Shown piece by piece: positions 9,027-18,172 of a stretch of 31,176 nucleotides of DNA. A program made the translations under genes and the position numbers. Under the pieces are notes generated by a model. It was not told the origin of the DNA, did no database searches, and was given only the letters and a program-made list of their open reading frames with translations. Position 1 is the first letter of the stretch. Each line of letters begins with the position of its first letter. The DNA comes from an uncultured Flavobacteriaceae bacterium. GTDB taxonomy: Bacteria > Bacteroidota > Bacteroidia > NS11-12g > UBA955. Where the stretch lies: positions 1-31,176 of the forward strand of contig CAYUNO010000001.1 of NCBI GenBank assembly GCA_964446075.1, in the 5' to 3' direction.

Positions 9027-9806
9027 ATGAGTCAAGAAAAGCCGTTGATTTTAGTGAGTAACGATGATGGGATAACCGCTCCAGGTATCGCCGCGTTAAT
9101 TTCCGTAGCCAAGGAATTTGGAGATGTTCTGGTAGTAGCGCCCGATAAGCCACAAAGTGCGATGGGGCATGCTATTACTATCAATCAGCCGATTCGTTTG
9201 ATCCCATCGGATTTGTACGAAGGGGTGGAGGCTTATCAGTGTTCTGGGACGCCTGTGGATTGTGTGAAACTCGCCATCGATAAGATTCTTACTCGGAAGC
9301 CATCGTTGATGGTTTCTGGGATTAATCACGGCAGTAATTCTTCTATTAATGTGATTTATTCAGGTACGATGAGTGCCGCGGTGGAAGCGTCCATTGACGG
9401 GATGAAGGCCATTGGATTTTCGCTTTGCGATTACAGTTGGAACGCTAATTTTGAGGTTGCTAAGCCGTTTATTCGAAAGATTATCGCAGGCGTATTAGCC
9501 AACGATTTACCCTATGGTACCTTGTTGAATGTGAATATTCCGGTGCCCGAAGATGGAGAAATTAAGGGAATAAAAGTGTGTAGACAGGCACAGGCGAAAT
9601 GGAAAGAGGATTTTGATAAACGCAAAGATCCTTTCGGAAGAGATTATTACTGGATGACGGGTAATTTCGTGAATCTCGATCACGGCGATGATACGGATGA
9701 GTGGGCCTTGAAAAATGGATATGTGTCTGTGGTGCCAACCATGTTTGATTTAACGGATCATCAACGAATTGCAACTATAAATCAGTGGGATTTAAATGAA
9801 CAGTAA
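9027..9806 (+). CDS. surE: 5'/3'-nucleotidase SurE
   Basis: ILVSNDDGITAPG, VVAPDKPQSAMG, SGTPVDCVKLA, VSGINHGSN and YSGTMSAAVE. Confidence 0.95.
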   Translation: MSQEKPLILVSNDDGITAPGIAALISVAKEFGDVLVVAPDKPQSAMGHAITINQPIRLIPSDLYEGVEAYQCSGTPVDCVKLAIDKILTRKPSLMVSGINHGSNSSINVIYSGTMSAAVEASIDGMKAIGFSLCDYSWNANFEVAKPFIRKIIAGVLANDLPYGTLLNVNIPVPEDGEIKGIKVCRQAQAKWKEDFDKRKDPFGRDYYWMTGNFVNLDHGDDTDEWALKNGYVSVVPTMFDLTDHQRIATINQWDLNEQ

Positions 9807-10143
9807 AACCATTCTTTGGATGCTTTTGGGCTTAGTGATAGCCTTTGCATTGCCTTTGGGCTTGGGCATTTTAATTGCGTTGGCGCAACAGGTGAAACCG
9901 GAAAATTTTTTGTGGGCGGTTGCCAACATGCGTTGGTTTTATAATTCCATCTATCAATTAGCAATCGCGGCAAATATTGGCGTGTTTTTCTTAATCATGC
10001 GAGTAGATGAAATAAACTGGCCGTCGGTAGGAGTGAAAATTCCAGGTCATTTATTGGTTTTTTTTGGCCGAGGTTGGTTGATTGCTACCATAGCACATAC
10101 GGTGTGGGCCGTAATCATCGAACTTGGAAAATGGTCGTCATAG
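9796..10143 (+). CDS. Hypothetical membrane protein (about 3 TM helices) between surE and lpxB
   Basis: ATG overlaps the surE end by 11 bp; hydrophobic segments; 11 bp before lpxB. Confidence 0.75.
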   Translation: MNSKTILWMLLGLVIAFALPLGLGILIALAQQVKPENFLWAVANMRWFYNSIYQLAIAANIGVFFLIMRVDEINWPSVGVKIPGHLLVFFGRGWLIATIAHTVWAVIIELGKWSS

Positions 10144-10154
10144 TTCAATAGGCT

Positions 10155-11393
10155 GTGAAGATATTTTTGGTTGCCGGAGAAGCCAGTGGCGATTTGCATG
10201 CTAGTCATGTGGTTAAAGCGCTATGCGCAGCCAAGTTGCCGGATAATCAGAAACTTGAATTGGTAGGTTGGGGGGGCGACAGAATGCAAGCAGCAGGAAT
10301 GCGTTTGTTGAGTCATTACAAGGACCGAGCCTTCATGGGTCTGGTTGAAGTGATCAAGAACATCCGAACGGTAATGGGATTTTTATCTCAGGCCAAGGAA
10401 GATATTCTGCGTGAGCAGCCCGACATATTATTATTGATAGATAATCCAGGCTTCAATTTGCGCTTGGCAGAATTCGCTAAGCATCGAGGTATTAAGGTAC
10501 ACTATTACATTGCCCCCAAAGCATGGGCTTGGAATGAGGGAAGGATTAAAACCATGCGAAAGTGCATCGATGCGTTGTATGTGATTTTCCCCTTCGAGGT
10601 GGCGTATTTTGAAAGTAGGGGTATGTCTTGCACCTACGTGGGCAATCCAATTTTCGATGAGATTAACGAGGTTGTTGAGCGATTTCATGAAAACCGCGGT
10701 TGGGATGTGGAGTTAGAGGTTATGGTTGAATCACAGGATAGTAAAATAATACTATTGATGCCCGGTTCTCGTAAAAATGAGGTGAGCAAATTATTGCCTG
10801 TTTTTATTAAATCGGCAAGAAAATATGATACTTCAGCGAAGTGTTTAGTTGCGGGAGCGCCGGGGTTGGAAGTCGATTTTTATCAAGAGGTACTCAGGCA
10901 AGCAGTTGAGCGACAGGAAATTTCTAAGGCCGATGCCGATTCGGTACAAGTGGTTTTCGGCGCTACCTATTCGATGCTCATGCAATTGGGGGATGGCGAG
11001 TTAATTGCTCCCATTCGCAGGGAAACCATGGGTAGAGGGTTGGCGTTGGTTGCCAGCGGTACAGCCACGTTGGAAACCGCACTATTGGGCGTTCCTCAGG
11101 TGGTAGCTTACCGGTTAAATTCACTTTCATACTGGGTTGCTCAAAAGTTGGTGAAATTGAAATGGGTTTCTTTGGTGAATATTCTATTAAATCGCGGATT
11201 GGTGGTAGAACATTTGCAGGAAGTAACGCCTGAGCGTTTGGTATGGTCGATGCAACAATTGGATGCAGATTACAATCCGGCCAATTTTGGAAAAGTCCAA
11301 GCCGGCTACCAAGAGTTACGAGATCAGCTAAAGAATCCAGATGGAATTTCTCCGTCAGGAAATCTCGCTAACCTGTTACTTGGTGAGAGTTAG
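10155..11393 (+). CDS. lpxB: Lipid-A-disaccharide synthase
   Basis: KIFLVAGEASGDLH, GWGGDRM, IDNPGFNLRLA, YYIAPKAWAW, VGNP, PGSRKNE and SGTATLE. Confidence 0.94.
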   Translation: MKIFLVAGEASGDLHASHVVKALCAAKLPDNQKLELVGWGGDRMQAAGMRLLSHYKDRAFMGLVEVIKNIRTVMGFLSQAKEDILREQPDILLLIDNPGFNLRLAEFAKHRGIKVHYYIAPKAWAWNEGRIKTMRKCIDALYVIFPFEVAYFESRGMSCTYVGNPIFDEINEVVERFHENRGWDVELEVMVESQDSKIILLMPGSRKNEVSKLLPVFIKSARKYDTSAKCLVAGAPGLEVDFYQEVLRQAVERQEISKADADSVQVVFGATYSMLMQLGDGELIAPIRRETMGRGLALVASGTATLETALLGVPQVVAYRLNSLSYWVAQKLVKLKWVSLVNILLNRGLVVEHLQEVTPERLVWSMQQLDADYNPANFGKVQAGYQELRDQLKNPDGISPSGNLANLLLGES

Positions 11394-11416
11394 AATTAAA
11401 TCCGATTAATAGACAT

Positions 11417-14400
11417 TTATTTATCTTTTGGTTTAAGTAGATAAAATACTTGTTTTTGAAAACGTTTGCTACGAGTGGCGCTTTTATATTCTATATAAAT
11501 TACGTAGTAATCTTCGGGGTATGGAATTCCTTGAAAATCAATGCCATTCCAATGGCCATTTAGTTCAGTACTTGTAAATATACTCTCACCCCATCGATTA
11601 AAAATTTGTATCATAGCCTCGTTTACACCGTAAACATGCCATTGATAATTGTCGTTTAATCCATCATTGTTTGGTGTAAATGCAGTTGGTAGAAATATCA
11701 AGCAAGTATCAACAAAACAAAGGTCAGAAGTTTTAAAATCCAAGCAACCTGCATCGTTTTTAGCAAAGAGTGTAATGGTATTTTTGCCTGGTTTCAAACT
11801 CCAATTTAAGGATTTTGGTTTGTCAATGTTATTAGTAATATCCCATATTGAATCGTTCAATAGCCACTGATATTTAGTTCCCCCGATGGAAATATTATAA
11901 ACATTTAATGGCAAATCCAAGGTACTATAACAATTTGAAAATCTTGAAGGTGGGAAGGTGAAGCCTGCTATGATTGAACGAAATCCTGGAATGGATATAG
12001 TTGTATCACTTGAGCAACCTGTTATTGAGTCAATAGCGAAAACGCGATAAGAGTTTCCAGAAATCCCCCAAAAAGTATCATTTTGAGAAAGAAGATTTGG
12101 GTTCCAAAATGTTTTTAAGGGATTGTTATTAATGGATTGCAGTTTAATAAATCCGGAGGCTCCAAAACAGGAGGAATCACTAGTGGTAGCAATAAATTTC
12201 AATGGGGGATGAACTATGTATTTAATGTAAGCAGTATCTGGTTGGGAACAACCATCATTGAGAAAAACGGAATAAATAGTATCATTTAAAGCCGTTATAT
12301 ATGATTTTGATCCAGTCTGATTGTGGCTCCAGGAATATGTATAATTACCTGTTCCCCCTTTGCCTTTTGTTTCCAATAGAGTAATATCTCCTTTACATGC
12401 GAACTTTGTTTGAAATTTGGCTGAGGCAAACTGGAGGGTATCTCTAATTTGTACGATAATAGAATCTTTTGCAATGCAATTTCCATTGATTGTTTTGTAG
12501 AATAATTTTTTTGAACCACTGCCTAAATTAAAGGTAGATAAACTAGAACTTGCTGGGAAATTTGAGGATGAATAATTTCCACCATAAGGTATTGCGAAGG
12601 AATCGATTTTAAGAGTATTTAAACAGAATACTGGATTTTTGTCTTTCCATGTAATTTTAGGCATAGAATCAATAGTAACAACGAATGTATTTAAACAACC
12701 TTTATCGGATGTATAAAATATATTATATTGATAATTTGGATTAAGAGAAATAGGAGATAAATAGTAAGTACTTGAGACTTTACTAATTCCAGGCCCTGAG
12801 TATTTATCATTAAATGCCCAGGATTTTAGAGGGATTTTTGGTGAGTTAACACAAAAGGATGTGTCTTTATAAGTAATTGGTTTATCGAGAATATTAATTA
12901 TTATATTATCGCTACAAGTATTCTTTTGGTATGAAATTAGGTATAATCCAGGATTTTCATTTTTGGGATAAATGGTAGCATTTTTTACAATACTACCAGA
13001 CCATATGCCGTTGTAAACAGAAGTTTTGAAGACCGAACTGAGCCGAATTGAATCTTTATCTCCGCAGACTTCAACGGTATCCGAACTTTGAATTTTTGTA
13101 CTAATAATATGTATTATTTTGGTGTCGGTGCATTTCCCTGAATTGAATATTAGTGTATCAATACCGTCATTGCCATTGGTCCAAGAGCAATCATAGAATG
13201 AAGAGAGTGGGTTAGATATACCCTTTCCTTTCCATGAAAAAGAAGTTCCATGTCTTAGGTTAATTAAGGGGTAATTTGTTTGAGAGGGGCAGAGAGTGTC
13301 ATCTTTACCGGCATAGCATGGCAAAACCGTTAACAGGGTTGTGTCTTTGCAACCACCTGCTGCGTTAAATATTATTGCTTTTGTACCTGGCCCACCCATC
13401 ACACTTGGATTATACCAACAATAGTATGAATTAATTAATCCAGGGAAGTAATTAGGATAAATCCCTTTAGGTGAAAAACTAAGTGTATCTAAGGTTCTCG
13501 ATTCACAGGTTGTGTCTCTATCGGGTACTACGGGTTTAGAAACTACTATGGTTTTATTAGAATTACATCCTTTCCAAGAATAGGTTAAAACAAAAGTACC
13601 TGCAGAGTCAGGTGTAAAGTTACCGTTTGAACTCACTTTGGGACCTGTCCATGTTCCACCCATCGGTGCATACCAATATAACGGAATTGCTTTTGTACCT
13701 GGACAAAAAACATTTTCCAAATTCCACGGTATGGTTACATTAACCAAAACGGTATCAGCACAATCACCAATTTGATACCATACTTTACAAATGCCATAAT
13801 TTCCTAGGGGTTTGAATTCACCTGTGGTTGTATTTACTATCCCTTTACCATACCATTTTCCACCTGGAGGGTTTGCTTGTAGATTAAAATTATTTCCGTA
13901 ATAACAGACGTCTGTATCTTTTTGAGCCGAAGGCGGATTGATAACCGTTATGGTTATAGAATCTGAACCTGGAACAGCTACCCCGTCTGAGACTAATAAT
14001 TTAATTTTAACAGTGTTACTAGGACAAATGCGGTAAGGCATATTTCCTGAAGGATTAAAATTGGTCCATTGAAATTTGTAAGCCGAAGTATTGCCACCAG
14101 TGACAACAGAGGATAAGTAGACACAGCCTCCTTTGCAAATAGTGTCTTTATTAATTGATAGTTTAACTTTAATAGGGCAATCATTAATTAAAATACTAAG
14201 GCTTGATTTTAGGGGATAAATGGAATCGCAGTAATCTCGATAGCCATGTGTATGCGTTAAAAAGTAGTTGGCATTAGTAGTAATTCCACCATTAATTTTA
14301 ATAGTAAAATATGTTCCGAAGTCTTTATTAGAATCTGTACAAACAATACTCGTAATGGGGAGTGTTGGAGAGAAAGCTGTATTATTGATGTTAAAAGAAT

Positions 14401-14905
14401 CGACCGCAATTTTCATATTGCTTTTTACTTGCAGTACGGAATCTCCACAGGTAGGTTTGTTAACCCAAGTGAAGTTCGCCGCTGTTGGTTTTTTTATTGT
14501 GTTGATGATCTCCGCTTCCCAACCAAAGCAAGCAACGGATTTGTCTGAAATAAAATGTAAGGTTATAAAACTATCAGTAGAACTCACAGTACCTGGGCTT
14601 GTGTTACCGCTGTATTTTCCTATTAATGGACTATTGGTATCTTTACCATTAAATATTCTGAGCACATCATTATCTTGCTCAGTACAAAAACTAGAGAATT
14701 TTAATGTTATGGAAGTGGCACCGGGTAATGATAGTTTTAGTGTATAGTTTTCATTGTGGTCATAATCGCCTTTTATTTTTCCCTTATCGGAGTCTGTTAT
14801 TTTCCCCTTGCATATTCTAAAAGAACCATTTTGTTGAGCAACAATGGTTTGGGCATTGAGATTTACGCCTGAAATTAGAATCAGTATGTAAAAGAAAAAT
14901 CTCAA
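11417..14905 (-). CDS. T9SS type B (CHU_C, gliding-motility-associated C-terminal domain) surface protein with an N-terminal CUB domain and Cys-containing tandem repeats
   Basis: Signal peptide; CUB-like segment (YDHNENYT...ITLKFSSFCTEQDNDVLRIFNG...LIGKYSG...LHFISDKSV...GWEA); C-terminal LPTAFTPNNDGLND...IFNRWGE...WNG. The TTG start overlaps the upstream TGA (TTGA). Confidence 0.85.
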   Translation of the reverse strand: MRFFFYILILISGVNLNAQTIVAQQNGSFRICKGKITDSDKGKIKGDYDHNENYTLKLSLPGATSITLKFSSFCTEQDNDVLRIFNGKDTNSPLIGKYSGNTSPGTVSSTDSFITLHFISDKSVACFGWEAEIINTIKKPTAANFTWVNKPTCGDSVLQVKSNMKIAVDSFNINNTAFSPTLPITSIVCTDSNKDFGTYFTIKINGGITTNANYFLTHTHGYRDYCDSIYPLKSSLSILINDCPIKVKLSINKDTICKGGCVYLSSVVTGGNTSAYKFQWTNFNPSGNMPYRICPSNTVKIKLLVSDGVAVPGSDSITITVINPPSAQKDTDVCYYGNNFNLQANPPGGKWYGKGIVNTTTGEFKPLGNYGICKVWYQIGDCADTVLVNVTIPWNLENVFCPGTKAIPLYWYAPMGGTWTGPKVSSNGNFTPDSAGTFVLTYSWKGCNSNKTIVVSKPVVPDRDTTCESRTLDTLSFSPKGIYPNYFPGLINSYYCWYNPSVMGGPGTKAIIFNAAGGCKDTTLLTVLPCYAGKDDTLCPSQTNYPLINLRHGTSFSWKGKGISNPLSSFYDCSWTNGNDGIDTLIFNSGKCTDTKIIHIISTKIQSSDTVEVCGDKDSIRLSSVFKTSVYNGIWSGSIVKNATIYPKNENPGLYLISYQKNTCSDNIIINILDKPITYKDTSFCVNSPKIPLKSWAFNDKYSGPGISKVSSTYYLSPISLNPNYQYNIFYTSDKGCLNTFVVTIDSMPKITWKDKNPVFCLNTLKIDSFAIPYGGNYSSSNFPASSSLSTFNLGSGSKKLFYKTINGNCIAKDSIIVQIRDTLQFASAKFQTKFACKGDITLLETKGKGGTGNYTYSWSHNQTGSKSYITALNDTIYSVFLNDGCSQPDTAYIKYIVHPPLKFIATTSDSSCFGASGFIKLQSINNNPLKTFWNPNLLSQNDTFWGISGNSYRVFAIDSITGCSSDTTISIPGFRSIIAGFTFPPSRFSNCYSTLDLPLNVYNISIGGTKYQWLLNDSIWDITNNIDKPKSLNWSLKPGKNTITLFAKNDAGCLDFKTSDLCFVDTCLIFLPTAFTPNNDGLNDNYQWHVYGVNEAMIQIFNRWGESIFTSTELNGHWNGIDFQGIPYPEDYYVIYIEYKSATRSKRFQKQVFYLLKPKDK
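12450..13920 (-). repeat. About seven tandem repeats of about 70 aa (protein level) in the T9SS protein; boundaries approximate
   Basis: Each unit runs from a (V/F/T/L)C to a xxC(xD/NT)-like end. Most carry a GGxWxG-like core: PPGGKWYGKG, PMGGTWTGPK, FSWKGKG, NGIWSG, KYSGPG and PYGGNYS. Confidence 0.65.
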
Positions 14906-15384
14906 GGATGCTTTATAATATAAATTGGTTTTGAAATGGCAATATTAGACCACTGATGAGCACGATCTTTTAAACGGATTTTGAATCGAGTTGACTCAAT
15001 TGGGGCGTTACTTAATCGAAACAGATTTTTAAGGGTAAGTTGAAGGTCACCATTAATTTTAATTTTTTGATGGATTGGCGCCAGCGGTGGAACATGATAA
15101 TAGTCGGGTTTTTGTAATCGATCATCCCATACTTCCATGGAAAAGGAATCGGCTGATAATTGTCCTAAGTCGCCATCATTATCTGTATATTGAACAATCA
15201 GGGTAAGTTCATCCGTAAATTCGCGTACTGTATCCATAGAGTTATCAAGGATTTTAATTTCGGGGATGGTTGAAAGGTTAGGGCTTTTGTCCTTGCAGGA
15301 TATTAATAAGATGAGTGATATTATTAAAATTAATTTATATAACTCTATAGATGTTCTCATGGCTTTACTGAAATTTAACCGCAA
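14902..15384 (-). CDS. Hypothetical lipoprotein
   Basis: Lipobox LLISC-KDK and beta-rich mature part; overlaps both neighbours (20 bp and 4 bp). Confidence 0.75.
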   Translation of the reverse strand: MRLNFSKAMRTSIELYKLILIISLILLISCKDKSPNLSTIPEIKILDNSMDTVREFTDELTLIVQYTDNDGDLGQLSADSFSMEVWDDRLQKPDYYHVPPLAPIHQKIKINGDLQLTLKNLFRLSNAPIESTRFKIRLKDRAHQWSNIAISKPIYIIKHP

Positions 15385-16324
15385 AATATTTTTTCAATGA
15401 GAACATAGAAAAATTGTTGGGAAGGGTAACTGTTTGGGAGGCATCTGTAATGCTAATTCGAAACCAAACCACATCATTTTCTTTTGGATTTACCATGGAA
15501 ATTGTACTTTTCCATTGATATATACAGGGTTTATTAAAAAGACCGGTACCCGATATTGGGGAGATAAGTTCTAGAGGTTGTTCATTTAAAACAGAAAAAG
15601 AATCTGGATGAGTACTGTAGTTGAAGGTGCAATTTTTAAATTGTTCGGGACTTGTAAAGTCATCTGAGATTGAAAATAATATTTCTAATATTGTACTATT
15701 TGTTGAAGCTAATGCGGGTTCATATATTCCCACTCTATTGAGCATTACATCATTTTGTTTTACTATAACTCCTTGAATTTCTGGAGGGTAATCGTTGTTA
15801 ACAGGCTTATTTCCATAGGGGTCAATACAACCATCGGAAATCCAGCGACTAATTCGTTGGATATACCTAGATTTCATGGAGTTGTAGTTTGAGTTTGGCT
15901 CAACAACCAATGGCATTATTCCACTATTCCCATTTAAATCTTGGGTTAGGCGAGTAACTAAGATACTTTTGTTGGGTTCACCTGGTACAACTCGATATTG
16001 AAAACTCTGTTTATTATCGTTTTTTAATGGTTTTTTTAGGACTAAGGACGCATAGCTACTTTCAATTGTACGGAAATCGGGTTCAAAATTACCATCGTGA
16101 CATCCGGAGTTCGCACAATTGGGTCTAAGAATTTCCTTGTAAATTGAAGCGATGGAATTGGTGTCTAAGTGTAAAGTGTCTGTTAAAACGGTACTATCTT
16201 GAACATTTGAGAACGGATTTGGGTCTATAGAGTTATTTGATTCGCAACCAGTTAAAATTAATATTCCAATAAGGATAAACACCCATGAATATTGAAACTT
16301 TGATACAGAAATAGGTTTGAACAT
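15365..16324 (-). CDS. Lipoprotein with a planctomycete-type cytochrome c (PSCyt1-like) domain and a CX4CH motif
   Basis: Lipobox ILTGC; ILRPNCANSGCHDG; VVPGEPNKSILVTRL...GIMPL...IQRISRWISDG, which matches the VxPGxPxxSxL...MP...IxxWIxxG pattern of PSCyt1 domains. Confidence 0.65.
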   Translation of the reverse strand: MFKPISVSKFQYSWVFILIGILILTGCESNNSIDPNPFSNVQDSTVLTDTLHLDTNSIASIYKEILRPNCANSGCHDGNFEPDFRTIESSYASLVLKKPLKNDNKQSFQYRVVPGEPNKSILVTRLTQDLNGNSGIMPLVVEPNSNYNSMKSRYIQRISRWISDGCIDPYGNKPVNNDYPPEIQGVIVKQNDVMLNRVGIYEPALASTNSTILEILFSISDDFTSPEQFKNCTFNYSTHPDSFSVLNEQPLELISPISGTGLFNKPCIYQWKSTISMVNPKENDVVWFRISITDASQTVTLPNNFSMFSLKKYFAVKFQ

Positions 16325-16332
16325 GGGCTAAA

Positions 16333-17679
16333 TTAAATTCTATCAAATAATGAAATTGCATTTGGGTCTATTGTACCAGAATTTTTTACTTCGTTATAAA
16401 TTCCAAAGATATCTGCGATTGTAGGCACAATATCAGTAATTCTGCCAATTGGATTTAACTCATTGCCAATAGTATTGTTTTTAGGTACATTTTTTCCAAC
16501 CATTAGTGACCATACGCGCAATGAGTTTGCATCGCTATGGTCGTATGCGTACCAATTATTTTCATCAAGAATAGGGTTTGGTTTTAAGTTTCTACCGCAT
16601 TCTGGAGCTACTATAAAAATGGTATTACCACTGAGTTCGGGTATATTATTTTGGATGTATTGGTATAACCAAGCAGTGATATGATCGGCATGATGTAAAC
16701 TTCTGAGGTAATTAGTAAAGTTAGAATGACAGCCGTCTACGGCCGATAAATTTACAGCAAGCATTTTGGGTTTAAATTCCTTTAGTATTGCTGCGGCATA
16801 AGCAATATTAAAGGCATCGCCATTGAGTGAAACTGGGGGCATTTCAATTTGACCCAAATTTTGTTTTAAAAATGTGTTCCGAATAAACTCTTTTATCTGT
16901 GTGCGTTCGTCGTCTGTATTTTTTATAGTAGAGACTAAAGATTGTTCTAAAGAAAAACTTCTATCTAAAAATTCCTTCATTTCATAAGCCGGTGCATAAT
17001 CGGATTGATTATAGGACTTTGCATTCGCTAGAATATTTCTTCCATAGGTGCCAAAAGTTATAGGCGGAATGAACATATTGCCACCATAATCTAAACCATA
17101 ATCGGGATGGCTTGAGCAGTTTAATAATGGAGTGCTATTACCGAGTGAATTACCAACAAACCAACAGTCCGTTGCCTTGAAGCCTCTGTGTTTTCTTAAA
17201 TACTCAAAAATTGTAGGTGCAACTGGTCTATTTTTCAATCCTTGGGCTAAGCTCAGACTACCAGTTAATAAAGTATTAAGACCCACATAATGTCCGGCGC
17301 TTTGAGCGGTGACTTCAGGAAATAGGGTGCCTTGTTTGGATAACGTTTCTGAAACTAGACGTGGTATTGGTTCTGAACCCGCGGGCATTCCATTAATACT
17401 TTGACCATAAACTATTTTTTTTGTTGGAGCCATTCCATTAAACAGGTTGGGCATAATATTTCCTATTGCACCCGAAACACCTTGGCTATCATCTAAATAT
17501 CGGCCTAAAACACTTTCTTGTTGACGAACACCACCGGCAAACATTACCAATACTACATGGTCTGCTTTTGTTACACCACTTTGAGCAAATAGAGAGTGTT
17601 TTGAGGTGAATATCGCGGGAGACATCAATCCACCAACCGTTAATGTAGTTTTTTGAATAAATTGCCTGCGTTTCATCAT
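16333..17679 (-). CDS. Tat-exported DUF1501-like / alkaline-phosphatase-superfamily protein
   Basis: Twin-arginine MMKRRQFIQK; HVVLVMFAGGVRQQE, GHYVGLNTLLTG, VDGCH, TIFIVAPECGRN (compare DUF1501 xEFGRT), YDH and DIVPTIADIFG. Confidence 0.6.
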   Translation of the reverse strand: MMKRRQFIQKTTLTVGGLMSPAIFTSKHSLFAQSGVTKADHVVLVMFAGGVRQQESVLGRYLDDSQGVSGAIGNIMPNLFNGMAPTKKIVYGQSINGMPAGSEPIPRLVSETLSKQGTLFPEVTAQSAGHYVGLNTLLTGSLSLAQGLKNRPVAPTIFEYLRKHRGFKATDCWFVGNSLGNSTPLLNCSSHPDYGLDYGGNMFIPPITFGTYGRNILANAKSYNQSDYAPAYEMKEFLDRSFSLEQSLVSTIKNTDDERTQIKEFIRNTFLKQNLGQIEMPPVSLNGDAFNIAYAAAILKEFKPKMLAVNLSAVDGCHSNFTNYLRSLHHADHITAWLYQYIQNNIPELSGNTIFIVAPECGRNLKPNPILDENNWYAYDHSDANSLRVWSLMVGKNVPKNNTIGNELNPIGRITDIVPTIADIFGIYNEVKNSGTIDPNAISLFDRI

Positions 17680-17683
17680 CTAA

Positions 17684-18172
17684 TTAATAAAATCCATATT
17701 CATCGGAGGCGGCAAATGCGGTATAAATCATTTCCACGGTGAGGTTGGGTCTGTTGTTTATGTATTGTACAAACCATTGTTTTTCCGATTCTCCAGGAAA
17801 TCGCAAATAGAACTTTTTAAATGTATTAGTAACAAATAGAGGAACATCCGCACGCATTTCTTGATTGGTAGGAATAATTACCGATCCTGAATTAAAATAG
17901 TTGCTTAATAGCATTTCCTTTCCAACATTTTGATCTCCAATAGAGTAAAGGACATTTTCAGATTGGGCTAATTGGGAAGGAGAAATGGGTTTTTGATGTA
18001 GACCGGTAAATAGAATAGAAATATATTCTGCTTGGGATTTTGGTTTGATTTTTTTTGCTTTTACTTCAGTGATTCCTTGATTGGTAATACCATAGGTAAT
18101 ATCTGTTTGTTTTCGGCAAGAGGCTATAGATACCAGTGAAAACAGAGTAATTAAAATTTTAAAATTGCGCAT
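17684..18172 (-). CDS. Hypothetical lipoprotein with DUF4214-like helical repeats
   Basis: Lipobox SIASC; YISILFTGLHQKP, FVTNTFKKFYLRFPGESE and a terminal FAASDEY. Confidence 0.6.
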   Translation of the reverse strand: MRNFKILITLFSLVSIASCRKQTDITYGITNQGITEVKAKKIKPKSQAEYISILFTGLHQKPISPSQLAQSENVLYSIGDQNVGKEMLLSNYFNSGSVIIPTNQEMRADVPLFVTNTFKKFYLRFPGESEKQWFVQYINNRPNLTVEMIYTAFAASDEYGFY

